Of a DNA stretch of 20,161 nt, positions 7,629-14,954 are shown piece after piece. The notes beneath the pieces are model-generated. The model made no database searches and was not told the DNA's origin. It saw only the letters and a list, made by a program, of their open reading frames with translations. Source of the DNA: a virus (taxonomy: Duplodnaviria; Heunggongvirae; Uroviricota; Caudoviricetes); the IMG/VR virus record IMGVR_UViG_3300019776_000583, positions 1 to 20,161 of that record; one strand, written 5' to 3'. Position numbers and translations under genes: made by a program. Numbering within the stretch: the stretch's first letter is position 1; each line of letters opens with the position of its first letter.

Positions 7629-7808
7629 TCAGCTTTGGGTCGGGGGCAGCGGGATGTCGCCGGTCTTCTTGCAGTACGCCATGCAAGCCTCTTCGGACTC
7701 GTGACGCATGACGGACAAGTGCCCGGTCGGGTTGTAGCTGGACCACTTGGTGGGGTGGTGCAGTGCGGGGAGGGTCTTGCCCTCTCGCTCTTGGTGCCAG
7801 GTAGGCAT
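7629..7808 (-). CDS. Hypothetical protein (59 aa, not in the ORF track)
   Basis: GAGGAG RBS. MPTWHQEREGKTLPALHHPTKWSSYNPTGHLSVMRHESEEACMAYCKKTGDIPLPPTQS fills the gap exactly. Confidence 0.75.
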   Translation of the reverse strand: MPTWHQEREGKTLPALHHPTKWSSYNPTGHLSVMRHESEEACMAYCKKTGDIPLPPTQS

Positions 7809-7818
7809 ATCGGTCTCC

Positions 7819-8151
7819 TCAGTGTTTGATGCGGATGTAGGTCGGGCCGTCGCGCTCGCCGCCGCTCCAGCTCGGGCGCGTCATGGCGCGCACCCAGGCC
7901 TCGTGCTCGGCGATCGTCGGCTCTTCGTGACGCTCCTGGCCCGTCGAGATCCGGCCGACTGGGCCGCGGCGCACCGCCTCGTCGGAGAGCAGGTAGGTTT
8001 CGCCCGGGCCGACGAGGTACTGCTCCTCGCGGAGGTACTGGGCTGCCAGGTCGAAGCTGGTCGCTGCGACGTAGATGGCGATGTAGGGGCGGCGGCCCTC
8101 AGGCGTGGCGGGGGCGAACTGCAGGGCGCAGTAGATGCGGGGCTGGGTCAT
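7819..8151 (-). CDS. Hypothetical protein (110 aa)
   Basis: CAGGAG RBS before ATG at 8151. Confidence 0.75.
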   Translation of the reverse strand: MTQPRIYCALQFAPATPEGRRPYIAIYVAATSFDLAAQYLREEQYLVGPGETYLLSDEAVRRGPVGRISTGQERHEEPTIAEHEAWVRAMTRPSWSGGERDGPTYIRIKH

Positions 8152-8178
8152 CGTGGTCTCCTGGTTGACGGTCACAAG

Positions 8179-8215
8179 GGTCAGCCTCGGGGCTGACCGC
8201 TGCGACCTGCAGCGG
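8179..8215. other. Tandem intergenic hairpins
   Basis: GGTCAGCC-TCGG-GGCTGACC followed by CCGCTGC-GACCT-GCAGCGG (2-nt overlap). No U-tract. Confidence 0.55.
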
Positions 8216-8221
8216 GGGTGG

Positions 8222-8581
8222 TTAGGCGAAGGCCTCTTCTTCCGCCTCGCGGCGCTCGAGGGCGATCTCATCCTCAGGGTCGTAGGCGTCGCTGCCGTAG
8301 GCCGGCCGACCCTCTTGCCAGCGACCGAAAGCCACCGGCAGCTTGCCCAGGGCCAGGCGCGCGTTCAGTGCCGCGGCGACCGCCTCGGCGCCGGCCAGGC
8401 ACTCGCGCTCGTCTCGGCTGGTGGTGATGTAAAGCTCACGACGGTCACCGCTCTCGCTGTCGGCGACGACGTAGGCGGAGAAGCCGTACAGGTGACCGCG
8501 TGGGTTGCTGAAGTCGGCCATCTCGGGGTGACTGCCCACGACGACGATGTCGGTGCGGGCGAAAAATTGGGTGACTCGCAT
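8222..8581 (-). CDS. Hypothetical protein with acidic C-terminus (119 aa)
   Basis: AGGAG RBS. First gene of the leftward block. Tail DAYDPEDEIALERREAEEEAFA. Confidence 0.75.
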   Translation of the reverse strand: MRVTQFFARTDIVVVGSHPEMADFSNPRGHLYGFSAYVVADSESGDRRELYITTSRDERECLAGAEAVAAALNARLALGKLPVAFGRWQEGRPAYGSDAYDPEDEIALERREAEEEAFA

Positions 8582-8660
8582 CTTTCTGCTCCTGTTTGTG
8601 TTGACCACAGAACAGATTGTGCCACAGCCAACAGACGGTTGTGCGTAGGTGCTTACCCTA
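8582..8660 (-). promoter_or_regulatory. Repeated promoter/RBS linker, copy 4
   Basis: Minus strand: TAG GGTAAGCACCTACGCA CAACCGTCTGTTG GCTGTGG CACAAT CTGTTCTGTGGTCAACACAAACAGGAG. Confidence 0.8.
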
Positions 8661-8720
8661 TGCCCCTGCATGCTGGGCCCGAGATCGTGGAGTAGGGGCA
8701 CAAGGGCCGGTCGGCGACCC

Positions 8721-8764
8721 TAGAATCGCGCGCATCCGGTTGCGCGCTGTTGCTACCCTGTTGC
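8721..8764 (+). promoter_or_regulatory. Possible rightward (lysis/late) promoter -10 and leader elements
   Basis: TAGAAT at 8721-8726, GCGCGCA/TGCGCGC inverted repeat, CTGTTGC twice. No good -35. Confidence 0.4.
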
Positions 8765-8787
8765 CCACGAAAGGAACCCCCCCCACA

Positions 8788-9039
8788 ATGACCCCGAAAT
8801 TCTTGCCGCGTCGGCAGCTCCTGAAGCTGTGGAGCGTGCGCATCCAGGGCCTGTGGGCTGCCGCGTGCGGGGCGTACGTCGCACTGCCCGCGGAGCAGCA
8901 GGCCGCCCTGGCCGCGCTTGTCGGACTCGGCGGCGACGGCGGGGTTGCGGCACTCAGTCTCTTCGCCCAGGCCTCGATCGCGATCAGCGCCGCGACGATC
9001 GCAGCGCGCGCGACCCGCCAGCCGGGGCTCGACGCATGA
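8788..9039 (+). CDS. Putative holin
   Basis: 83 aa, basic N-terminus with LWSVRIQ, hydrophobic segments, C-terminal RQPGL, first gene of the lysis cluster, AAGGA RBS. Confidence 0.6.
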   Translation: MTPKFLPRRQLLKLWSVRIQGLWAAACGAYVALPAEQQAALAALVGLGGDGGVAALSLFAQASIAISAATIAARATRQPGLDA

Positions 9040-9419
9040 GTGAGGCGGACAAGAGCCAGGGCGTTGACCCATCCCAACTCGCCCTGGCCCTCGAGCGGCT
9101 GCGCGCGGTCAGCAGCGATGTCGCAGAAATGAAGTCGTCGATGATCCAGATGGCCGGCGCGGTCACCCGGCTCGCGGTCATGGAGGAGCGCCTCGGGTCT
9201 AGCCGCGAGGCGCTCGAGAGAGCTTTCCGAGAGATCACTGATCTACAGGGTCGAGTCAAGACGATCGAGGGCGCCCAGCCCGCCCACGCGCAGACATCGC
9301 GCTGGGTGCACCAGGCGGTCGGACTCATGATCGCGGCGGTGATGGGAGCTGTCGCAAGCGGCGTGATCCGCAGCCCTCGAGAGTCGTCCCCCGTGCCTGT
9401 GATCGAGCAGCGCAAATGA
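9036..9419 (+). CDS. Coiled-coil protein with C-terminal TM (lysis-associated, XhlA-like topology)
   Basis: Heptads followed by hydrophobic VHQAVGLMIAAVMGAVASGVI. ATGA overlaps on both sides. Confidence 0.55.
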   Translation: MSEADKSQGVDPSQLALALERLRAVSSDVAEMKSSMIQMAGAVTRLAVMEERLGSSREALERAFREITDLQGRVKTIEGAQPAHAQTSRWVHQAVGLMIAAVMGAVASGVIRSPRESSPVPVIEQRK

Positions 9420-10120
9420 CGCTCATCAAGCGCCTGCCCCTGAACGAACTGGGCCGAGACCTCATCGTCGGTGACGTGCATGGCGAGTTCGCCCGGCTCG
9501 AAGAGCTTCTCGCGGCAGCTGCGTTCAACCCCGCGCGCGATCGCCTGCTTTCTGTCGGAGACCTCGTCGACCGGGGCCCGGACAGCGACCAGGCCCTCGA
9601 GTGGATCGCCAGGCCCTGGGTCCATGCGGTGATGGGCAACCACGAGCTGATGGCCATTGCGCATGCGTGCGGCGGCGGCGATGACGCGGCTCACCACGTC
9701 ATCAACGGCGGCCAGTGGATGGCTGGCCTGGATGCCGACATCAGGTCGGAGTACGCCGAGGCGTTTTCTCGGTTGCCATTGGCTATCGAGGTGCAGACTG
9801 CGCGCGGCCCGATCGGGATCGTGCACGCCGACGTGCCGCCCGGCATGTCGTGGAGCGCCCTGGCCGCCGAGCTCGATGCCGGCGATCGCGCGTCGGCGAA
9901 CTGGCTGCTGTGGTCGCGCGAGCGGCTCGAGGCCGCAGTCCGTGGCGACGGCACGCCCGACGTCGCAGGCATCCGCCGGGTCTACGTGGGGCACACCCCG
10001 GTCAAGACGCCGGTCGCTGTGGGCAACGTCTGCTACATCGACACCGGCGCCTGCTTCGGAGGCCCGATGATGCTGATCAACGCGGCGACGGGCGCTCTGG
10101 TCGCGACGCAGGGCGGCTGA
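9416..10120 (+). CDS. Ser/Thr protein phosphatase (lambda NinI/PphA-like metallophosphoesterase)
   Basis: GDVHG, GDLVDRG, GNHE, VHAD, GHTP and IDTGA motifs all present. Confidence 0.93.
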   Translation: MTLIKRLPLNELGRDLIVGDVHGEFARLEELLAAAAFNPARDRLLSVGDLVDRGPDSDQALEWIARPWVHAVMGNHELMAIAHACGGGDDAAHHVINGGQWMAGLDADIRSEYAEAFSRLPLAIEVQTARGPIGIVHADVPPGMSWSALAAELDAGDRASANWLLWSRERLEAAVRGDGTPDVAGIRRVYVGHTPVKTPVAVGNVCYIDTGACFGGPMMLINAATGALVATQGG

Positions 10121-10740
10121 TGGATGTCCGGACCCTGATCGCCTGCGGCGTGGGGCCGACACAGGCCCGCCGCTTCGCAGCCCCCCTGGCTGCCGCGTGC
10201 GCCCGTTTCGGGATCAACGCGCCGGCTCGCATCGCCGCATTCGTGGCCCAGTGCCGGGTCGAGAGCGCCGAATTCACGCAGCTCGAGGAGAGCCTGTACT
10301 ACCGCGACCCTGGGCGCATCGCAGCCATCTTCCCTGGCAGGGTCAAGGGCGTGGCCGCGGCGCAGCCCCTGGCGCGCAACCCACAGGCCCTGGCCAACGC
10401 GGTCTACGCCGGCCGGCTCGGCAACGGCGACGCGGCGAGCGGGGATGGCTGGCGCTTTCGAGGTCGCGGGCTCAAGCAGCTGACGGGGCGCTCCAACTAC
10501 ACCGAGGCGGCTGCCGCCCTGGGCCGCCCCTACGTCGAGCAGCCCGGACTGGTGGCCGAGGACGCAGACGCATGCCTGACCGCGGCCTGGTACTGGCACA
10601 AGACGGGGTGCTCCGCTCTGGCCGACGCATGGCAGATCGACGAGATCACGCGCCGCGTCAACGGGCCCGGGATGCTGCAGGCCGCGACGCGCCGGTCCCA
10701 CTCCGACGAGGCGCTCTCAGAGCTCGGGCGGCTCGCGTGA
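10120..10740 (+). CDS. Glycoside hydrolase family 19 endolysin
   Basis: RIAAFVAQCRVES, LEESLYY, GNG..SGDGWRFRGRGLKQLTGRSNY, AAWYW, ITRRVNG. TGATG-coupled start. Confidence 0.92.
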   Translation: MDVRTLIACGVGPTQARRFAAPLAAACARFGINAPARIAAFVAQCRVESAEFTQLEESLYYRDPGRIAAIFPGRVKGVAAAQPLARNPQALANAVYAGRLGNGDAASGDGWRFRGRGLKQLTGRSNYTEAAAALGRPYVEQPGLVAEDADACLTAAWYWHKTGCSALADAWQIDEITRRVNGPGMLQAATRRSHSDEALSELGRLA

Positions 10741-10822
10741 AAATTCTTCGCGCATCACGGAACTCACTACCCGGCATCGAGTCACACCGAGGACGGGGAA
10801 TGTCCCCCGCCCAGGAGTAGAG

Positions 10823-11080
10823 ATGCTGGAGATTTTGATGTGGGCCGCGGTGGTGATGTCGGCTGTCGCGCTGGGGTTGGCGTGGTGGATCTCGCGAGAG
10901 TCCGCCGAAGCCATCCGCCGCCTCGAGGACGCCCTGCGCGGCGACCGAGAGGGGTGGTGGTCGCTGACAAGCAGGCTGGCCGAAGTCTCGGTCGACATGA
11001 CTGACCTGGCCTCGACCGTCGGCCTGCGCCGGGCCAAGCCCCGGGAGCGCCAGAATGCGTGGGAGCACAAGCTGCAATGA
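10823..11080 (+). CDS. Membrane-anchored hypothetical protein (85 aa)
   Basis: N-terminal TM and CAGGAG RBS. Confidence 0.7.
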   Translation: MLEILMWAAVVMSAVALGLAWWISRESAEAIRRLEDALRGDREGWWSLTSRLAEVSVDMTDLASTVGLRRAKPRERQNAWEHKLQ

Positions 11081-11337
11081 GGCCGTCCGAGATGAAGGTC
11101 CTCGAGTTGCTGCGCATCCACCAGCCAATCGCGAGGCGGGAGCTGGCAGCGTTGCTGAAGATCGCACCCGCCACGGCGTCGGTGCATCTGCAGTCGCTCA
11201 AGCGGCAGGGCCTGGCCACAGGCTCGGGCCACGGCTGCGGCTCTGTCTGGAGGCTCTGCACGGGTCGCAGGGCGGGAGCCGCCGGCGCTAGCGGGCCGAT
11301 GGTCAACGACGTCTTCAGCTTCGCGGCGAGCCTATGA
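11077..11337 (+). CDS. Winged-HTH DNA-binding protein (ArsR/MarR-like)
   Basis: KVLELLRIHQPIARRELAALLKIAPATASVHLQSLKRQGL. Confidence 0.8.
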   Translation: MRPSEMKVLELLRIHQPIARRELAALLKIAPATASVHLQSLKRQGLATGSGHGCGSVWRLCTGRRAGAAGASGPMVNDVFSFAASL

Positions 11338-11645
11338 GCCTGAACTGCCAGCAGGGCGACATGGCCCGCATCATCCGCAGCGAGGCCGGCAACCGCGACA
11401 AGATCGTGCAGTGCGTGCGCGCGATCGGCCCGAAGAAGGTGCTGTGGCCTGACGATCGGTTCACCGATGAATATCTGTGGGAGATCGACCGCGATCTGCC
11501 GCGCATGGATGGCCGCACGACGAGGATGATCCCCGACAGCTGCTTGCGCCCGATCCGCGACCAGCCGGGAGAGGACGAGATGCTACGCATCGCTGGGCGT
11601 CCGCGTGAGGTAGAGGCGCCAAGGGTTCCGGAGACGATGCGATGA
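11334..11645 (+). CDS. Conserved phage hypothetical protein (103 aa)
   Basis: LNCQQGDMARII...IPDSCLRPIRDQPGEDE. Coupled overlaps. Confidence 0.7.
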   Translation: MSLNCQQGDMARIIRSEAGNRDKIVQCVRAIGPKKVLWPDDRFTDEYLWEIDRDLPRMDGRTTRMIPDSCLRPIRDQPGEDEMLRIAGRPREVEAPRVPETMR

Positions 11646-11926
11646 CGCACAGCATCTTCGGCATTCCAATCGTCATCGAGTGCGGGAGGCCGCGCTATCA
11701 GCTGCCGGATGACCTGCCACTGCCACCAGCCTACCGCCAGAAGTTCAACCTCTGGGCGCGGGACTTCCTGGGGAGTCACCCGCCGCTCATTGGGGACGGC
11801 CAGTCGATCGCGATCAATGGGCGCCTCCACATGAATCGGAAAACCTTTGAGATGATCAAGCACCGAGTCACAAAATCGACGGAATGGAGCGGCTCTATGC
11901 AGCCCTCGGTGAGGGCCCGCCGGTGA
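11642..11926 (+). CDS. Hypothetical protein (94 aa)
   Basis: ATGA overlap upstream and GTGA overlap downstream. Confidence 0.65.
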   Translation: MTHSIFGIPIVIECGRPRYQLPDDLPLPPAYRQKFNLWARDFLGSHPPLIGDGQSIAINGRLHMNRKTFEMIKHRVTKSTEWSGSMQPSVRARR

Positions 11927-12129
11927 CCGCCGCGCCCCACCAGCAGCGCGTCATCGAAGAGAAGCGCGAGCTCGACGAGAAGCTGCACAAGCTGACCACG
12001 TTCCTGGCCACCGCAGCGAGCGCGCAGGTCAGCCTGGTTGAGGCCCGCCTGCTGCACGAGCAGCTGAACCACATGCTGCAGTACAGCCGCGTGCTGCAGC
12101 TGCGCATCAAGCTGTGGGAGGGGGGTTGA
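11923..12129 (+). CDS. Small helical protein resembling the crAss001_48-like family
   Basis: PHQQRVIEEKRELDEKLHKL..F...LL.EQL..M.QY..VL.LRI. GTGA-coupled start. Confidence 0.6.
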   Translation: MTAAPHQQRVIEEKRELDEKLHKLTTFLATAASAQVSLVEARLLHEQLNHMLQYSRVLQLRIKLWEGG

Positions 12130-12347
12130 GTACGCCCGCACGCAATGCCTGGCGGTGGATCACCGGAGCCGGCCTGCCGCCAGAGCCTCCATCCCCGTAC
12201 AGGCTCGTTGGAATTCGATCCGGCTGGCAGGTTCGGCTGTCTCCGGTGGGTCATGGCCTTGTGGCGCCTCACGCCACGGCTCCCAACGCGCTCCACAGGG
12301 CTGCTCAGCGATGGCTGCTCGGCATCAGGTGGGAGATGCTGCAGTGA
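12126..12347 (+). CDS. Hypothetical protein (about 73 aa)
   Basis: TTGA and GTGA overlaps fill the gap. Start uncertain. Confidence 0.45.
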   Translation: MSTPARNAWRWITGAGLPPEPPSPYRLVGIRSGWQVRLSPVGHGLVAPHATAPNALHRAAQRWLLGIRWEMLQ

Positions 12348-12607
12348 GCGAACAACCCAACCAGCGGCGCGTCATGATGAGCCTGCTCGCCCAGTGTTTT
12401 GAAACGCTCCTGGCCGAGCAGGCGCATCAGCCGGGCCGGCCGCTCACCATGACGGTCTCAATCGACGGCAAGGCCCCGCCAGGATTCCCTCGCGGGGAGC
12501 TGTTGAGTGTCGGCACCAATGGCTCTCGCAACATCGCGGTCGACCCCCTGAAGGTGCTGGCCTGGATGCGCAGAGTCGGTGCGGCGGCAGCGCAGAAGGG
12601 GGCCTGA
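12344..12607 (+). CDS. Hypothetical protein (87 aa)
   Basis: GTGA-coupled start and TGATG-coupled end. Confidence 0.6.
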   Translation: MSEQPNQRRVMMSLLAQCFETLLAEQAHQPGRPLTMTVSIDGKAPPGFPRGELLSVGTNGSRNIAVDPLKVLAWMRRVGAAAAQKGA

Positions 12608-12780
12608 TGGGCCTGCCCTACGACATCGCCAGGTGCAAAGGCACGCAGCACCCGCTGTGCCAGGCCTGCCGCCGGCGTGAGCCCGGTCACCCGGAGCGGC
12701 AGCCGTACATGGCCCCACCGATCGAGCATGGCTACTGCGTGCATCGCATCGCGCCGCCGCTGCCACGAGGTGTGGCGTGA
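12607..12780 (+). CDS. Small Cys-rich protein (57 aa, not in the ORF track)
   Basis: MGLPYDIARCKGTQHPLCQACRRREPGHPERQPYMAPPIEHGYCVHRIAPPLPRGVA, coupled at both ends. Confidence 0.7.
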   Translation: MGLPYDIARCKGTQHPLCQACRRREPGHPERQPYMAPPIEHGYCVHRIAPPLPRGVA

Positions 12781-13025
12781 GCCCTTTCAAGCCAGGCTTC
12801 GTGCCAGAGGGGTGGGACAGGGGAGATCGCCTGCTCGTCTCCTGGCCGCCCGTCGCCGGTCGCGACAGGGCCCGCGGCTATCTGCGCCAGGCTGATGTGC
12901 GGCCGCTGGGGCCCCATGACCAGGTCAATGAACGGCACGTTGCGCTTGTCCTGATTGAGCCAGGCCAAGAGGATGACGTGAAGCGATGGCTGGCCTGGTG
13001 GCATGAGGGATTGGCACGTGGCTGA
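12777..13025 (+). CDS. Hypothetical protein (82 aa)
   Basis: GTGA-coupled start. Confidence 0.6.
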   Translation: MSPFKPGFVPEGWDRGDRLLVSWPPVAGRDRARGYLRQADVRPLGPHDQVNERHVALVLIEPGQEDDVKRWLAWWHEGLARG

Positions 13026-13671
13026 GAGGGGCGACATCGACTGGACCGCCATCGAGCGGCACTACCGCGCCGGTGAGCTGTCTCTCAACGAGATCGCCAA
13101 GCGGTACAGTGTTTCCAGGCCTGGCATCCAGAAGCGGGCTGAGCGCGAGGGCTGGGTCAGGGACATCTCGAAGAAGATCGAGCAGGCCACGCAAAACAAG
13201 GTCATCGTGGCGGTTGCCAAGCAGCAGGTTGCCACCGAGTTGCCAGTGGCAACCAGGATGGCAGAGAAGGCCTACGTCGATGCCTACTCGGATGCCTCTG
13301 CAGCGGTGGACATGCAGCAGCGCGCCGACGTCAGGAGGGCGCTCGAGGTGCAGCGCTCGATGCTCGACGAGCTGGAGGCGCTGACCGACCCGAAGTTCAG
13401 GCCGTTCCTGGAGGCGATGGCTGAGGCGCTGGACGAGTCTGGGCCGGCGGCCAGCGGCGGCTGGAAGAACGACAAGATCAACGAGCTCTATCGCTACGTC
13501 ATCAGCCTGGCCGGAAGAATCAAGATGGCCAAGGAACTCGGCGCCGCGCACGGGGTCTACCTGCCTCTGCAGCGCAAGATGTTCAAACTCGACGAGAGCA
13601 AGAGCCTGGCGCCATTTGAGGAGATGCTGTCCCGGCTTGGGGAAGAACAGATGCAAAAGGAGCGCGCTTGA
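13018..13671 (+). CDS. Probable terminase small subunit (N-terminal HTH)
   Basis: IDWTAIERHYRAGELSLNEIAKRYSVSRPGIQKRAEREGWVRD is typical of phage TerS-like proteins. GAGGGA RBS before GTG at 13018. Confidence 0.65.
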   Translation: MAERGDIDWTAIERHYRAGELSLNEIAKRYSVSRPGIQKRAEREGWVRDISKKIEQATQNKVIVAVAKQQVATELPVATRMAEKAYVDAYSDASAAVDMQQRADVRRALEVQRSMLDELEALTDPKFRPFLEAMAEALDESGPAASGGWKNDKINELYRYVISLAGRIKMAKELGAAHGVYLPLQRKMFKLDESKSLAPFEEMLSRLGEEQMQKERA

Positions 13672-14138
13672 AGAAGGTCACCGTCTACGAGGTCAGCCAG
13701 ACCGTCCGCACGATCGCCGGCACACATGACGAGATCCCGATCCACGAGATGCGCATGGATGGCGGCCGCGCCTGGGGCAACCCGGGCGGCGGAGACACGT
13801 TCGTGCGCTACAGCCTGCCGGTGACGCACGTTGTCGAGGAGCGCGTCGAGGATGGCTTCACGCACCGCGCGGACAGCTACGTGGCCGTCGGGCCGCGACT
13901 GCTTGAGCTGATTGGGCCGGCTGTCAACAAGGCGCTGAGCGACCGGCTGCGCGTGGAGACGCGGTCGATTGAGCGCCTGCTGCAGGAGAAGCGCGAGCTG
14001 ACCGAGAGCCTGGCCAGGAAGCGATCGATCGCCGAACACCAGGCCGAGGTCGCCCATCAGCTGGAGCAGCGCATCGGGAACTTTCGCGAGGCCAGCCTAC
14101 TCAGACGCATCTGGCGCGCCATTCGGCGTGACATCTGA
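13668..14138 (+). CDS. Hypothetical protein with C-terminal coiled coil (156 aa)
   Basis: TTGA overlap. Confidence 0.65.
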   Translation: MKKVTVYEVSQTVRTIAGTHDEIPIHEMRMDGGRAWGNPGGGDTFVRYSLPVTHVVEERVEDGFTHRADSYVAVGPRLLELIGPAVNKALSDRLRVETRSIERLLQEKRELTESLARKRSIAEHQAEVAHQLEQRIGNFREASLLRRIWRAIRRDI

Positions 14139-14146
14139 GGAGCAAC

Positions 14147-14467
14147 ATGAACCCGAAGACACGAGGCGGCATAGCCGCAGCGATGGCAATGATGGCCATC
14201 ATGAGCGGCTCGCCTGCCGCAGCATCTGGCCCGTCGCGCATCCGCGCCGAGCCGATGCGCACTTCGCCCGCCCGGCCCCGCCCCTCGCGCGACAAGATCC
14301 GCGACACCGAGCGCATGCGCCGCGCCGAAGAGAGGCGCCTGATGCGTGAGCGCAAGCGCCTGGCAGCCCGGGCCGCTGGTGGCTGGGTGTCGAGCGATGC
14401 GTGGCTGTCCCGCTTGCAGCTGAGCCAGGCCGTGGCCGCTCGCGAGCTCGATGGGCGGCTGTCTTGA
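14147..14467 (+). CDS. Basic hypothetical protein (106 aa)
   Basis: GAGGAG RBS. Confidence 0.65.
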   Translation: MNPKTRGGIAAAMAMMAIMSGSPAAASGPSRIRAEPMRTSPARPRPSRDKIRDTERMRRAEERRLMRERKRLAARAAGGWVSSDAWLSRLQLSQAVAARELDGRLS

Positions 14468-14694
14468 GCGCCTGGCGCAGCGGCCCGCCGCCCTCTGTCG
14501 GGTGGTGGCCAGCGAGCACGATTCGGGACCCGAATGCCGTGAGGTGGTGGGACGGCAAGCTCTGGAGCATGTCTGCGCGGAGCGGGTGGTGCGCATCAGA
14601 GGTGATGTTCAGTGCCCAAGGGAAGTCGCCCAACCAAGAGGACATCCAGTGGCGCGACCGCCCGAAGTCGTGGCCCAAGAGGAGCATGACATGA
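14464..14694 (+). CDS. Trp-rich conserved phage hypothetical protein (76 aa)
   Basis: WRSGPPPSVGWWPAS..RD...RWWDGKLWS. TTGA and ATGA overlaps. Confidence 0.65.
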   Translation: MSAWRSGPPPSVGWWPASTIRDPNAVRWWDGKLWSMSARSGWCASEVMFSAQGKSPNQEDIQWRDRPKSWPKRSMT

Positions 14695-14954
14695 TGGAAG
14701 TGACCAGGGAGCCGGTGGAGGTCCAGAGCGCACCCGCCGTCATGCCAGCCCTCCCCACGGGCATGACCCTGCGCGCCTACTTCGCGGCCCATGCGCCCGA
14801 CGTGCCTGGCGATTTCCAGCAGCGACGCAAGACCGTCGTGGTCGACACGGGCATGGGCCTGAAGCGCATCGAGAGCGGGCTCGAGTCGAGGCTGGAGTGG
14901 ATCGTCCGCTGGCGCCTCGAGTACGCCGACGCCATGATCAAGGCGTTCAAGTGA
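14691..14954 (+). CDS. Phage hypothetical protein with GMTLRxYFAA motif (87 aa)
   Basis: GMTLRAYFAAHAP...YADAMI. GAGGAG RBS. Confidence 0.75.
   Translation: MMEVTREPVEVQSAPAVMPALPTGMTLRAYFAAHAPDVPGDFQQRRKTVVVDTGMGLKRIESGLESRLEWIVRWRLEYADAMIKAFK

Noticed and set aside
6856-7746. 296-aa minus-strand ORF
   Set aside because: Runs across linker copy 3 and several better ORFs that have RBS. Low-complexity Ser/Arg/Pro sequence
3705-8660. Linkers as LexA SOS boxes or a CRISPR array
   Set aside because: I found no CTGT-N8-ACAG in them. Copies are 1.2-2.4 kb apart and separated by genes, not spacers
8658-9077. Minus-strand ORF ending at the edge of linker copy 4
   Set aside because: Antisense to the holin-like gene with no RBS. 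The stop coincidence is noted but does not support a gene
8984-10162. 392-aa minus-strand ORF
   Set aside because: Antisense to the phosphatase gene, which has complete catalytic motifs
10197-10820. ORF nested in the endolysin as a possible o-spanin
   Set aside because: No signal peptide or lipobox. Arg/Pro-rich off-frame composition
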